Origin: Verrucomicrobiota bacterium
GTDB taxonomy: Bacteria; Verrucomicrobiota; Verrucomicrobiia; Opitutales; Coraliomargaritaceae
Direction of reading: 5' to 3'
Assembly: GCA_039815375.1 (NCBI GenBank)
Contig: JBCBZJ010000015.1
Location: 15,170 to 79,169, forward strand
Length of the DNA: 64,000 bases
This document shows positions 10,376 through 21,394 of the stretch, piece after piece. A program made the translations under genes and the position numbers. Position 1 is the stretch's first letter. Each line of letters starts with the position of its first letter. The notes beneath the pieces were generated by a model that had not been told where the DNA came from, ran no database searches, and worked only from the letters and a program-made list of their open reading frames with translations.

Positions 10376-12159
10376 TCTCGTTCTATCGTTTCTTCGATGG
10401 CGTTTTGCTGTCGTGCGATGTCATGTAAGGTGACAATGCCGAGGAGTTTGCTGGAATCCTTCCGGCTAACGACCGGGGCCTGCAGCACATCTTTGATGAC
10501 GAGGGTGTTGGCGGCATCGCGTATCGAATCATCCGGGCGGATGGAGATGATTTCTTGCCCAGCCAGTATCTCGTGCAGTGGAGCATCGTTGTCTGCAGCG
10601 ACTAACTCCTCGAGCTCGTGATGCATGATCATCCCGATTAATTCTTGAGAATTCAGATCAGCTATGACCGGGTAGCCGTGATGGATGTGGCCGCTATCTC
10701 TGATCGCTTCGAGATTTTCCAATGCATTGAAGGTTCCGGTCGCAGTCCTGCAGTCGTGCGTCATGATCGTGCCGACAGGTAGGTTGCGCCAGTCCTGTTG
10801 ACCACGATAAGCAGGAAGCTTCTTTAAGCTGATGCCGTCTTGGAGAAGCAGCGCGTCGTAAATCGGGACTTGGCGTAGCTTGACCGAAATTATGTAGGCA
10901 AGGAAGTTGCCGATCATCAAGGGTAGGATGAGCGAGTAGTTATGCGTCATCTCAAAGATGATTAGCACGGAGGTGAGTGGGCATCGAATAACCGCAGCGA
11001 AGAAGGCTCCGGTGCCGAGAAGTGCGCAGGCGGCTGCAACAGAACTATCCAGCTCAAAGAACTGGACTATCAGTGCGCCAAAAAGGCCACCTAACATGCT
11101 TCCGAGAAAGAGGACTGGTGCGAAAATACCGCCGCTGGCACCCGAGGCGTAGCAGATCGCGGTGGCGAAGAACTTGCCAATGAAAAGAAGGAGCAGAACA
11201 TGCCAAATGAGGTGCCCGTTCAGCGCTGCATTCAAATCGTTGTAGCCGATGCTGAAGACACCATCGTTACCGGCGGTGAATTGCCAAACGGTTACTCCGA
11301 TCAGGCCAACACTTAGGCCACCGAGAGCCGGTTTCGCCCAGACAGGAAATTGCTGCCATTGTTTGAAGCGCCCGCGGAGGATGAGCAACAGGCTGGTGAA
11401 AGCGTGGCCGAGCAAGCCGGAGGCCGGACCGATGAGCAGACAAACCAGCATCCACCACGAAGTCTCGAAAATTTCAGTGGTGGCGTGAAGGGCGCTATGA
11501 TTCCCCAATAGACTGCGCTCGACCACCGCTGCGACGACCACTGCGATAAGAATACCGCCGAGTGCCTTACTGCTGAAGTTGTTGTCGAACAGCTCCTCGA
11601 AGACAAATGTAATGGCAGATATCGGTGCATTGAAAGCCGCTGAGATACCTGCTCCCATACCGACTGGGACCATTGCCTGCACCCGCAGCTTGCCGAGGCC
11701 GAAGAGTCGACCGAGTTTCGAGGAGACTGCGCTGCAGATGTGGACGGTGGGGCCTTCGCGGCCCAGGCTGTTTCCGAAAGCAACCGAAATGGTGCCGATG
11801 ATGAAGCGCCAGAACGCTTCGGAGGTCTTAATCACCCCGAATTTCTGATGGTAAGCCGCCTTGGTCTGAGGAATACCGGAGCCTGTTGCTGTCGGCGAAA
11901 TATGACGAATCATCAGCCCCACGACGAGTCCGGCTACTGCCGGAGATAGAATCATGGCGGGAATGGCCCAGAAACCGAGCCCTTGATAGAAGCCGAAAAG
12001 TCCATCAAAGAGCACTGTAATCGCGAGGTGGAAGCTGACACCAATCAGTCCACAGACGACACCTGCACAGATGCAGAGCATCAGGAATCGCTGGCCGTCA
12101 TCAAAACGACCCCGCATCCAGTTAGGCAGATTGTTTAAACTAAAGGATTCCCTGGCCAT
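10372..12159 (-). CDS. ClC-family Cl-/H+ antiporter with C-terminal CBS pair
   Basis: GSGIP, GREGP (gating Glu), FVFEEL (proton Glu), GGIFAP, PIYD; CBS pair ends GIVTLHDI. Confidence 0.92.
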   Translation of the reverse strand: MARESFSLNNLPNWMRGRFDDGQRFLMLCICAGVVCGLIGVSFHLAITVLFDGLFGFYQGLGFWAIPAMILSPAVAGLVVGLMIRHISPTATGSGIPQTKAAYHQKFGVIKTSEAFWRFIIGTISVAFGNSLGREGPTVHICSAVSSKLGRLFGLGKLRVQAMVPVGMGAGISAAFNAPISAITFVFEELFDNNFSSKALGGILIAVVVAAVVERSLLGNHSALHATTEIFETSWWMLVCLLIGPASGLLGHAFTSLLLILRGRFKQWQQFPVWAKPALGGLSVGLIGVTVWQFTAGNDGVFSIGYNDLNAALNGHLIWHVLLLLFIGKFFATAICYASGASGGIFAPVLFLGSMLGGLFGALIVQFFELDSSVAAACALLGTGAFFAAVIRCPLTSVLIIFEMTHNYSLILPLMIGNFLAYIISVKLRQVPIYDALLLQDGISLKKLPAYRGQQDWRNLPVGTIMTHDCRTATGTFNALENLEAIRDSGHIHHGYPVIADLNSQELIGMIMHHELEELVAADNDAPLHEILAGQEIISIRPDDSIRDAANTLVIKDVLQAPVVSRKDSSKLLGIVTLHDIARQQNAIEETIERD

Positions 12160-12173
12160 TGGCCGAAGTAGGT

Positions 12174-12201
12174 AAAAATAAAGCCCGTATAGACGGGCTT
12201 T
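12174..12201 (-). terminator. intrinsic terminator after tRNA-Tyr
   Basis: Minus strand reads AAAGCCCGT-ctat-ACGGGCTTT-ATTTTT. Confidence 0.75.
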
Positions 12202-12202
12202 G

Positions 12203-12292
<90 letters not shown>

Positions 12293-12359
12293 TGAGGAAA
12301 AGCAGGAGACAGTAGGTCGCCGGACGGCCTTGCCAAGTAATTTTTTGGAAATTTCTGAT

Positions 12360-13565
12360 TTACAACGATTCTTCGACCGGCAGCTCGATGATCTGCCATG
12401 GGAGGCCACGTAGGTTGAGCTCCTGCATAAAGGGGTCTGGGTCGCGTTGTTCCATGTTCCAGACTCCTGGCTCTTTCCAGAGCCCTTTCAGGATCATTTG
12501 AGCGCCGATCATGGCTGGAACCCCAGTGGTGTAGCTGATGGCCTGACTGGAGACTTCTTTATAGCACTCCTGATGGTCGCAGGTGTTGAAAATAAAGATG
12601 CGCTTTTTTTGGCCGTCCTTGATGCCTACGATGTCGCAACCGATGCAGGTCTTGCCCTTGGTACGGGGGCCGAGGCTAGCGGGATCAGGGAGGACAGCTT
12701 TCAGGAATTCAATCGGTTGGACCGGCTGCCCTTGGAAATCAATCGGCTCGATTGAGGTCATCCCGACATTTTCGAGCACTCGCAGATGGTTGAGATATTT
12801 TTCGGAAAAAGTCATCCAGAAACGGATACGCTTTAGACCCTTGATATTCTGGCAGAGCGACTCCATTTCCTCGTGGTAGAGTAGGTAAGCGTCCTGCGGA
12901 CCGACGATGGGAAAGTCATAGACCTGATGCACACTCATCGGTGCGACTTCCTTCCACTGACCTTCTTCCCAGTAGCGTCCGTTCTGCGTAATCTCGCGGA
13001 TATTGATCTCCGGATTGAAGTTGGTCGCGAAGTGGTAGCCGTGATCGCCTGCGTTGGCGTCGAGGATGTCGATAGTTTCGATTTCGTCGAAGAGGTGCTT
13101 CTGTGCGTAGGCGCAAAAGACATTGGTCACACCAGGATCGAAGCCGGAGCCGAGCAGGGCCGTGAGCCCCGCATCCCTGAATCGGTCCTGGTAGGCCCAC
13201 TGCCATTTGTATTCGAACTTCGCTTCGTCGGGTGGTTCGTAGTTGGCTGTATCAAGGTAGTGGACCTTGGCGGCGAGACAGGCATCCATCAGCGGCAGGT
13301 CCTGATAGGGCAGGGCCACATTGATTACGAGCTCGGGTTGCTCGGCCTCCAGGAAAGCGGTAGTGGCTTTGACATCATCAGCGTCGATTGCGGCAGTTTG
13401 AATGCGAATGCCAATCTTCGATTCAACATCGGCTGCAATTGCTTCGCACTTCGCAAGGGTTCGGGATGCCAGAACGATATCCGTAAAGATCTCAGACATC
13501 TGAGCGCACTTGTGGGCGACCACATTTCCGACTCCACCTGCCCCAATTATGATGACCTTTGACAT
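12360..13565 (-). CDS. carboxy(nor)spermidine dehydrogenase/synthase (saccharopine dehydrogenase family)
   Basis: IIGAGGVG, NVALPYQD, YLDTANYEP, GSGFDPGVTN, ATNFNPEINIRE, QAISYTTGVPAMIGA. Confidence 0.88.
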   Translation of the reverse strand: MSKVIIIGAGGVGNVVAHKCAQMSEIFTDIVLASRTLAKCEAIAADVESKIGIRIQTAAIDADDVKATTAFLEAEQPELVINVALPYQDLPLMDACLAAKVHYLDTANYEPPDEAKFEYKWQWAYQDRFRDAGLTALLGSGFDPGVTNVFCAYAQKHLFDEIETIDILDANAGDHGYHFATNFNPEINIREITQNGRYWEEGQWKEVAPMSVHQVYDFPIVGPQDAYLLYHEEMESLCQNIKGLKRIRFWMTFSEKYLNHLRVLENVGMTSIEPIDFQGQPVQPIEFLKAVLPDPASLGPRTKGKTCIGCDIVGIKDGQKKRIFIFNTCDHQECYKEVSSQAISYTTGVPAMIGAQMILKGLWKEPGVWNMEQRDPDPFMQELNLRGLPWQIIELPVEESL

Positions 13566-13720
13566 GGCACACAGGTTGATGGCTTGGAGTTAAACTGAAA
13601 AGAACTGAATTTAATGAACTCAGAATTTCACTGATGTTCACTTGTGATTCGCGTGGATAAGTGTCGATTAGTGGTGAACTTGACTTGGAATAGAGTGCGG
13701 ATACGTCATCTCTAGTTGAT

Positions 13721-14347
13721 ATGCAGCAATTTAAGCTTATTCTGAAATATTCCTTCGTGATCGCATTTGCGGGGGCTCTCTTACTTGTAGCTATGCCTGA
13801 TCGTCCAAAACCACCAGAACCTTCCGATGTGAACGTCAGTGAATGTGCATCTGCTTGCGGATTACCGTCTTATGCCGACCTTAGCGGCGACGAATTCCCG
13901 ATTCAGCGCACGGAAGAAGAGTGGCGCGCGATGCTGACCGAGCTACAATACCACGTAACACGGAACCACGGCACAGAGCGTCCGTTTAAAAACGAATATC
14001 ACGATAATAAACGAGTCGGGCTCTACCGTTGCGTGAGTAGTGGAGCGCCGCTTTTCAGCAGCACTGATAAGTTTGACTCGGGGACGGGCTGGCCAAGCTT
14101 CACAAAGCCGATCGATGAGCGATTGGTTGGCGAGAAGCGCGACACAAGCTTCGGCATGGTTCGCGTCGAGGTGCACAGTGCACTTTGTGGCTCGCATCTC
14201 GGCCACGTCTTCCCTGACGGTCCAGCTCCGACCGGATTGCGCTACTGCATCAATTCAGCTTCACTTAGGTTCGAGGAAACCGAGACAGAGGAAGATATCA
14301 AGGCTCTCGCCAAAGCATGGTATGATCAGGAAGAGACGAATCATTAG
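13721..14347 (+). CDS. msrB: peptide-methionine (R)-S-oxide reductase with N-terminal signal/anchor
   Basis: [36 protein letters not shown]. Confidence 0.93.
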   Translation: MQQFKLILKYSFVIAFAGALLLVAMPDRPKPPEPSDVNVSECASACGLPSYADLSGDEFPIQRTEEEWRAMLTELQYHVTRNHGTERPFKNEYHDNKRVGLYRCVSSGAPLFSSTDKFDSGTGWPSFTKPIDERLVGEKRDTSFGMVRVEVHSALCGSHLGHVFPDGPAPTGLRYCINSASLRFEETETEEDIKALAKAWYDQEETNH

Positions 14348-15165
14348 TATCTCTTCGATTTGATATTGTTACGATGGTTAATTATATCCGAGGTTGCCTG
14401 AATGAGACGACAACAGATCGGCGAACCAGCAGATTAAGAAACAATCTCCCCGGTATGAGCATGTCGATGCCTTGGATGGCGTAGACTTTCATCCACGAAA
14501 TCGCTACTACACACAGGTTCCCGCAGGGGTGCCTCCACTCAAGTCCTGAGCTCAACTTTATCGAAAGACTTGATAGGGTTTGCGTGCTTCACGTAAAGGA
14601 CTGGTGGGTAGATCCCGGGCGGGTCGTCGGTATTTGTTTGGTATGCGCTTCAGCAAACGCCTCCCCAGGTCTCTGTATAACGACAGAGTTAAATCGAAAT
14701 GATGCAAACGAACTTCAAAAACATGATATCGAGTGACGTCATTGCTTTTTTATAAGCCACATTCCTAATGCAAAGCATTAGAAATGTGTTCACCCAAATG
14801 GTGTTTTCGAACTGTTCCGGTTCCGGCAGTGGCCGGACCGGTCTTGTCGCTTCCCATCAGAGCTGCAGTCACGTAGGATTATACGTTTCTGCGCTCTTCG
14901 GTTGCCGATTTCCGCTTTGCTGACCTCGATTTCGCGACACACGAGAAGTAGGGTAACGCTCTTATCGGTTTATTAGAAAGCCCCTTGGATTTGAGTGCCC
15001 TCAGGAAGATTTCGAAAAGGAACCGATAATCATGAACAACGGTGAACACATAATTTGCCCAGATGAAGCGCAGCTGGCCCAGCATCTAAACTGAGAGAAG
15101 CATCGTGAGATTTCGGAGCAAGGAAAGCTTACAAAATGAAAAGTGATTTTTCAGGACATTATTTA

Positions 15166-16866
15166 CTAGCGGCCGAACCGTGTCGGTTTGGGTGTTTGCA
15201 TCAAATAGATGTCCTGAACACGGTCTTCGCTTTTCTCAAGGGAACGGAGCACATTACGAAATGCGTTGCGAGCCCTCCAGGATTCGGCTGCAAACTGAAA
15301 TATTGGTTGGTTGTCTCGAATTGCACTTGCAAGTTTCTTACTAATTTCCCGATCAGTCAGTGCGCTGTATTTGGAAAGGTATTCCTGTCCTCGACGAATG
15401 TAGTATCTCCACGATTCTTCGTAACGCCCGGCGTTGTAAATCAATGCTGCATCTTCCAATGTTTTTTGAACAAATAGAATTGCATCGACTGTGGAAATAT
15501 CTCCCTCAGGTAACTCCATAGGGTCAGGGATAACTTCATCTATCACATTGATCAATCCGTTGAATCCTTCGAGGTCAGTTTCTGAAATTGAGATTCCGTT
15601 GATTGTGCGTTGATCGTTTTCTCGAATCAAATAAATCGGCGCACCATGTATCGTCCGCAATTTATTGTAGGGCTTGCTGTTTTCGCTCACATGCTTGCCT
15701 GTTATAACATGTCTGGCGAGCAATCCAAAGATTGCTTCACGGTTTTCTCCCGTTGGATTTGCTACAAGCTCAGCAACTGCTTTGTCTTTCCAGGCATCAT
15801 TGGTAGGAGCAAAAATTGTAAAGTTGCTAGTCGATGCGACAGGTAGATCAAGGCCGCTGGCCTCAAGGAGCGAAACTAAAGTTGTGAGACGGTTGTCTCT
15901 CTTGAGTAGTTGCAATAGTCCTTCTTCGACCGGAGGTATGACTGTGTCGATAACGTGGACTATCCCGTTTGCACAGGGTAAATCAGCTTCAATAACTTTA
16001 GCTCCGTCAATAGTTGCTTCGCCATCTACTACTTTAAAATTAAGCTGTTGACCGAACGCAGACGTGGGCGTGACTCCAGAGACTCCCAAACTACGGAAGC
16101 CAGGGACTTTTCCAGCACCCAACACACCTTCGGTAATGTGATGTTTAATGATGTCCTCAAGGCGTTCATCATTTTCGGGTAGGAACAACGAATCTACAAA
16201 ACCCGCTGGAAGCTTTTTAAAAGCAGCGTCCGTAGGAGCAAAAGTAGTGTAGAGGCCATGCATGTTCTGGAATAGTTTGCCTTGGCGACTTGCTGTTATT
16301 GCTCGGGTAAAAATGGTAAATCTTCCATCTTTTTGCAGCCGTTGGAACAAATCATCTGTTGTGGGAGTTAGAACCGAATCAATCAAATACAGGACACCAT
16401 TAGAGCACTGGATCGGTTCTCCAATAAAACGTGCGTTTCCAATTTGACTCTCGAGATAATTGATCGAGGTAAATTGACTAGTCTGTGTTCTAAGAAGAGC
16501 GTATTTTTCCAATTCAAAAGGAGACGCTGAAAATCCCAGGACATGGAAGTTAAATACTTCCTCTAAACGGTCATCATTACGGGGATCGAGTAGCGTCTGG
16601 ATGGCACCTTGAGGCAATTTTTCGAAAGCAGAGTTTACAGGAGCAAACACAGTAAAACGTTCTCCGGTTCGTTCTGAGAGCCGTGACCCAGTCTCAGTCT
16701 TTTCCAACAGGTCTAGGAAATTGCTTAGGCTTTGGTTTTCCCGAACTATACGGCCAATGGTTTTTGCTTCAGCAGGATTAGCGGCGTGGGTGCTTTGGGG
16801 AACCAGACAAGAGAAGATTGTCACGAGGCAAGTTATCTTAATCAGTAGGGCAGTTTTCATAAGCAT
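15166..16866 (-). CDS. secreted fasciclin (FAS1) repeat protein, three FAS1 domains plus helical C-terminus
   Basis: Signal peptide; three repeats of FT[VTI]FAP[VT][ND]xA[FW]...NG[VIL]xxxIDxV. Confidence 0.88.
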   Translation of the reverse strand: MLMKTALLIKITCLVTIFSCLVPQSTHAANPAEAKTIGRIVRENQSLSNFLDLLEKTETGSRLSERTGERFTVFAPVNSAFEKLPQGAIQTLLDPRNDDRLEEVFNFHVLGFSASPFELEKYALLRTQTSQFTSINYLESQIGNARFIGEPIQCSNGVLYLIDSVLTPTTDDLFQRLQKDGRFTIFTRAITASRQGKLFQNMHGLYTTFAPTDAAFKKLPAGFVDSLFLPENDERLEDIIKHHITEGVLGAGKVPGFRSLGVSGVTPTSAFGQQLNFKVVDGEATIDGAKVIEADLPCANGIVHVIDTVIPPVEEGLLQLLKRDNRLTTLVSLLEASGLDLPVASTSNFTIFAPTNDAWKDKAVAELVANPTGENREAIFGLLARHVITGKHVSENSKPYNKLRTIHGAPIYLIRENDQRTINGISISETDLEGFNGLINVIDEVIPDPMELPEGDISTVDAILFVQKTLEDAALIYNAGRYEESWRYYIRRGQEYLSKYSALTDREISKKLASAIRDNQPIFQFAAESWRARNAFRNVLRSLEKSEDRVQDIYLMQTPKPTRFGR

Positions 16867-17096
16867 GTATCCTGTTTCTTTTTCATTACTTACAAATAGA
16901 TCTCTAAATCTTTTGCGTGAAGTAATCTCAGGCCTGCTTAAACCAAAATTAAAATAGCTTTTTGAGCGTTAGTAATTTCTGTTGGAAAAGGGCGCACATC
17001 CTACCTGGAAAGGTATAAGTTTTCATCCGAATCTACCGAAATTGCTGCACTCAGGTGTTGCCTTAAAATCATATTTTTAGAGATTTGGCAGCTTCT

Positions 17097-17594
17097 ATGG
17101 TTAAGGTTCTCCAGCTGATTGTCCTTATTGTTGTCTTCGTTCTCGGATACAGCTTCGGGTCTTTTACCTCCGAAGAAAAGTCGGAGTCGCCTGAGAAAGA
17201 CAGATCTCCTCAGGGTCAAGTTGAGTTCCAGGGAACGGCTGCCGAACGCGGGTTGCTGATCACTGCCCCTGTCACAGCTCAAACACTGGAAGTGATTGAG
17301 CAGCCCAATAGCGGAGCTCTGCAGGAAGCGCGACCTACCGTGACAGCACCATTTGACGGCCGGATAACTCTAACAAATTTGGAAGGGGCAAAACTGGACG
17401 TCACACTTGTCGATGCGGATGAGAATACAGTGAAGATTCGGCGCGGTAGCGACCTACGGGAGTTCACTATCAAACTGGACACGCTTCAACCCGCAGATCG
17501 CCAAGCCATTGAGAATTGGCGATCAGCTCGAGAACCCGCATCTAAGGAGCCTGACGAGGTGGACCTTGATGCAATCTTCAGTATCTTCAAGTAA
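17097..17594 (+). CDS. membrane-anchored hypothetical protein with SHD1-like C-terminal domain
   Basis: N-terminal TM; TNLEGAKLDVTLV...VKIRRGSDLREFTIKLDTLQPADRQAI resembles SHD1. Confidence 0.6.
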   Translation: MVKVLQLIVLIVVFVLGYSFGSFTSEEKSESPEKDRSPQGQVEFQGTAAERGLLITAPVTAQTLEVIEQPNSGALQEARPTVTAPFDGRITLTNLEGAKLDVTLVDADENTVKIRRGSDLREFTIKLDTLQPADRQAIENWRSAREPASKEPDEVDLDAIFSIFK

Positions 17595-19472
17595 CTACTT
17601 CGCGCTGAGCTTCTCAAGGATCTCGTAGTTGCGCTGTAGCATCTCGCTGGGGTCTTCGAGGAGACCGGCAGCGACTCGTGCGTTGTCGAGGATTTGTTTG
17701 CTGATGAGCGTAGCAAGCTCTCCGTCTGACTCACGGAGTCCGGAAAGATTCTTGACCAGTGCGTGGCGCGGATTGACCTGAAGCTTCACGGGAGGCTCAC
17801 CGCCCATGTCAGGGCCGCCTGCCTTTTGCTGCATTGCCTTCATCATTTTGCGCATTTGCGAGGTCATCATTTTGTCCGCATTAACGATCATGGCCGGGCT
17901 GCCGACGAGACGATCGCTGGCGGTGACTTCGCTGACGTCGTTGCCGAGTCTTTCTTTGATGAACGTGCAGAGTGCTTCGGAGTCGTCTTGGGCGAGTGCT
18001 TCGGCTTTGTCGGTGTCGACTTCAGGTGCAATGGCGTCAAGGTCGATGTCGTCGGAGTCGGCGGAGACGAAGTTCTTTTCGTCGAAGGCGCGGGCATGGT
18101 TCATGACGAATTCGTCGATAGGCTCGTAGAGATAGAGCACCTCGATGTTGCGCGCCTTGAAAGCTTCGAAGTATGGGCCGGACTCGATTGCCTGGCGGCT
18201 GGCACCGGATAGATAGTAAATCTCCTTCTGGCCTTCCGGTGCCCGCGTCAGATAGTCAGCGAGGCTCGTTGTTGTGCCTTCTTCAGTATATGAGGATTCG
18301 TAGCGGAGCAGCTTGAGGAGCTGGTCGCGGTGAGTGAAGTCGGTGGTCACGCCTTCCTTGAGGAAAATACCGAAGTTCTTCCAGAAGTCGTCATAGACCT
18401 CTGGTTCTTTCCTGGCCTTTTCTTCGAGGGTCTTGAGGAAGCGCTTGGTCAGGACCTTATGAAGCTTCTGGATGAGTGAGCTGTCCTGCATCGACTCGCG
18501 GGAAATGTTGAGCGGCAGGTCGGCACTGTCGACGACACCGCGCACAAAGCGGAGCCATTCCGGGAGCAGGTTCTTGGGGTCGCTGTCGATCAGGACCTTA
18601 CGGCAATAGAGAGAAACGCCCGGCTCCATGCGGCCGAAGCCGAAACCTTCCATGTTTTCGTTTGGTGCGAAAAGAAGTGCGTTGATTTCCAGCGGTGCAT
18701 CAGCTGAGAAGTGGAGCCAGAAACGTGGCTCGTCGAAAGCGTTGGCCTGGAACTTGTAGAACTCCTTATATTCGTCATCGGAAATCTCGCTTTTATTCTT
18801 GAGCCAGAGCGCACCGATGGTCGCGACTTCTTCGCCATCGACTTTGACGGGAAACTGAACGAAAGCGGAGTATTTCTTGATGATTGATTCGAGGCGGTCC
18901 TTTTTACCAAATTCTTTGAACTCTTCCTTGAGCTTGATCACGATACGCGTGCCGCGGCGCTCACCCTCGACGGTTTCGATTTCGTAGGCGCCGGAGCCGT
19001 CGCTGGACCATCGGAAGCATTCGCCTTCAGTCTGCCAAGTGCGGGTATACACGTCGACCTTCTCAGCAACCATAAAGACGGAGTAGAAGCCGACCCCGAA
19101 CTGGCCGATCAGGTTCTCGTTTCGCTCGCCGGATTCCTTGAGCGCGTTAAGAAAAGCCTTTGAGCCGGAATGTGCGATGGTGCCTAGGTTCTCGACCAGT
19201 TCCTCTTGTGTCATGCCGATACCGAAGTCACGAATCGTGATCTCGCCTGCTTCTTCGTCTGCTGTGACTTGAATCTCGAGGTCGAGGTCGGCGTCGAAGA
19301 TTTCCTTTTCGGTTAGCTGGGTGTGACGCAATTTCTCGGTTGCGTCGGAGGCGTTGGAAACGAGCTCGCGGACGAAGATCTCTTTGTCCGTGTAGAGCGA
19401 GTGGACGACGATATCGAGGACTTGTTTGACCTCTGCTTGGAACTCGTGGCGTTGAGGTGCAGTTGTGCTCAT
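17595..19472 (-). CDS. htpG: chaperone HtpG (Hsp90)
   Basis: [43 protein letters not shown]. Confidence 0.97.
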   Translation of the reverse strand: MSTTAPQRHEFQAEVKQVLDIVVHSLYTDKEIFVRELVSNASDATEKLRHTQLTEKEIFDADLDLEIQVTADEEAGEITIRDFGIGMTQEELVENLGTIAHSGSKAFLNALKESGERNENLIGQFGVGFYSVFMVAEKVDVYTRTWQTEGECFRWSSDGSGAYEIETVEGERRGTRIVIKLKEEFKEFGKKDRLESIIKKYSAFVQFPVKVDGEEVATIGALWLKNKSEISDDEYKEFYKFQANAFDEPRFWLHFSADAPLEINALLFAPNENMEGFGFGRMEPGVSLYCRKVLIDSDPKNLLPEWLRFVRGVVDSADLPLNISRESMQDSSLIQKLHKVLTKRFLKTLEEKARKEPEVYDDFWKNFGIFLKEGVTTDFTHRDQLLKLLRYESSYTEEGTTTSLADYLTRAPEGQKEIYYLSGASRQAIESGPYFEAFKARNIEVLYLYEPIDEFVMNHARAFDEKNFVSADSDDIDLDAIAPEVDTDKAEALAQDDSEALCTFIKERLGNDVSEVTASDRLVGSPAMIVNADKMMTSQMRKMMKAMQQKAGGPDMGGEPPVKLQVNPRHALVKNLSGLRESDGELATLISKQILDNARVAAGLLEDPSEMLQRNYEILEKLSAK

Positions 19473-19520
19473 AATTGAGATAGGATATTTTTGAATTAAG
19501 ATTTAGCGGAAAATTATGTA

Positions 19521-19709
19521 TTACCGAAACTGGTTTTGTTCCGGACGGTATTTGTAGCCAGCGTTTGCAAGGCAGGCGCTCAATTTGTCTTTATCGACAT
19601 CGTGGGTTAGGCAGAGGTCTTCAAGCGAGTCCGCGTGATTTCGAAGCTCGGTGTTTACCAATCCGACGAGAAGATGCGGGTCTGTGGATTCAAACTTCGT
19701 CCAAACCAT
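19521..19709 (-). CDS. DUF4250-family small protein
   Basis: DPHLLVGLVNTELRN...SLEDLC...GYKYRPEQNQFR pattern. Confidence 0.8.
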   Translation of the reverse strand: MVWTKFESTDPHLLVGLVNTELRNHADSLEDLCLTHDVDKDKLSACLANAGYKYRPEQNQFR

Positions 19710-19723
19710 TTTTGTCCGGCAAA

Positions 19724-21394
19724 TTATTCGAGCTCTTCATCCGGTTTTTCGCTTAAGCCGCGGAAAACAAGTTCGTTCGTCAAATCAGTGCGGGTTGTGA
19801 AGCTGGCCCAGCGTTCAAGCATACCTCGGGATTGTGCTAGATCTGGATCGTCTTCTGCAATCTCGGGCGTTTCCTTGCTTTCAACATAAACGAGTGTGCC
19901 AATCCCGCCAAGTGTGAGCATGGGTGAAACATCGCCGGCACTCATACTTTGTGCTTGCTGAAGGGCAGAGCGGTTGAGTTCGACCGGTGCATTCCTGACT
20001 TCGAAGTCTTCAAAAGTGCGGGTTGTGAGGTTCAGTGCTTCTGCAGCTTCAACGAAAGCTGTGTCAGCGCCGACGGCTGCTTCAAGCTCGGCCTTGATGG
20101 TTTCGCCCTTTTCGCTGAAGAGGCGGCGTTTTTCGTCGGCAGCAAAGTCTGCAGCAACTTCTTCCGCCACGGCCTCGTAGGCTGGAATCTCCGGAGCGAT
20201 ACGACCCGTGTAAATAAGCACTGCATATCCCCTGCCAACCTCGTAAGCGTCCGAGAAATAACGGTTTTCGCTAAGGCCAAATGCTGATTGTAGCATTTCG
20301 GGTGATGGCGGGAGTGTTTCTGCATCTGCCGCAGTGAATGGCTCGATTTCAGTCAAGCTGAGGCTGGAATCTTTTAGGAGTTGGTTGAACCTCTCGGAAT
20401 CGTTCGCGATTTCGTCGCGGTAGAGCTGATAAGCGAAGGCTTGAGCCGCTTCGTTCGCTGCACGCACAGCTTTTTCATCAGCAAGGCTGGTAGCGACAGC
20501 ATCTTGCACTTTTTCGAAAGTGACAGGTTCCGGTTCGGGCGCTTCTTCGCCCTCTACAGCTTGGGGAATGGGGTTTGCGGCTTCATATGCAGCAACAAAG
20601 GAGGCGCGGTTGGCAACGAAGTGCTCGCGTAATTCTGCTTCGGTTGCTTCGGCGCTCTGCTCGCTGTAATTATCAGAAGCAAACAGCACATAGCTGGCCT
20701 TGATCCGTTCAGGAATTTCGTAGCGCTGTTTGTTTGTCTCGTAGTAAGCGGTAAGGGCAGCCGGGTCTTCTGTCAGTTCAGGTTCAAACTCATTGTAGGG
20801 AAGCTCGGCAACGGCAAGACTGAGCTTGGTTCGGTTGCGCTGTGCTTGTGCACTGGTTTCAGATGGAAGCAGATAACCGGGCCCCGAAAGTGCCTGAACG
20901 ACTTGTTCGATCCGAAAGTCTTCTTCTAGGACATTGATTACCAGGCCTTGTGGGGTGCCTGGGTTCGACTCCATTTGATCAACGAATCTAGTGTAAGCAT
21001 CCGGGCTAAATGAACCGTCGGGTCCACTAAAGGCGTTTTTTGTTTTGATATACTCAGCGAGCGTTTCCTGAGCCGGTGTGGGAACACCGATTTCGTCTGC
21101 CAGATGAAGCATGGCTATGCGGCTGGTCAACTGCCCCTGGAACTGTTCGTTGCTGCGGAACTGCTGATTGTTGAGCATCGCGCTCAGAGAGACTTTTTGA
21201 GACAGCGCCTCGGCTTCCAATGAGGAGTTGAGGTCGAAGCCATAGAAGAGGTTTTCTTCGTATCCAGATTTGTCCACGGTGCAGCCGGGGCTGTTACCAA
21301 TGGTGAAAACGAAGGCCACAATGATGACGGTCAGTAGGGTGAGGAATATCCAGCGCCCGTGGCGGATGAGGTGATGTTGAATCCAGGAAATCAT
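19724..21394 (-). CDS. PpiD/SurA-like membrane-anchored periplasmic chaperone
   Basis: N-terminal TM (WIFLTLLTVIIVAFVFTIG), AFSGPDGSFSPDAY, YYETNKQRYEIPERIKASY. Start at ATG 21394. Confidence 0.75.
   Translation of the reverse strand: MISWIQHHLIRHGRWIFLTLLTVIIVAFVFTIGNSPGCTVDKSGYEENLFYGFDLNSSLEAEALSQKVSLSAMLNNQQFRSNEQFQGQLTSRIAMLHLADEIGVPTPAQETLAEYIKTKNAFSGPDGSFSPDAYTRFVDQMESNPGTPQGLVINVLEEDFRIEQVVQALSGPGYLLPSETSAQAQRNRTKLSLAVAELPYNEFEPELTEDPAALTAYYETNKQRYEIPERIKASYVLFASDNYSEQSAEATEAELREHFVANRASFVAAYEAANPIPQAVEGEEAPEPEPVTFEKVQDAVATSLADEKAVRAANEAAQAFAYQLYRDEIANDSERFNQLLKDSSLSLTEIEPFTAADAETLPPSPEMLQSAFGLSENRYFSDAYEVGRGYAVLIYTGRIAPEIPAYEAVAEEVAADFAADEKRRLFSEKGETIKAELEAAVGADTAFVEAAEALNLTTRTFEDFEVRNAPVELNRSALQQAQSMSAGDVSPMLTLGGIGTLVYVESKETPEIAEDDPDLAQSRGMLERWASFTTRTDLTNELVFRGLSEKPDEELE

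Noticed and set aside
13590..13645. AACTGAA-like short repeats upstream of the carboxyspermidine dehydrogenase gene
   Set aside because: Only two exact copies in AT-rich promoter DNA; not distinguishable from chance.
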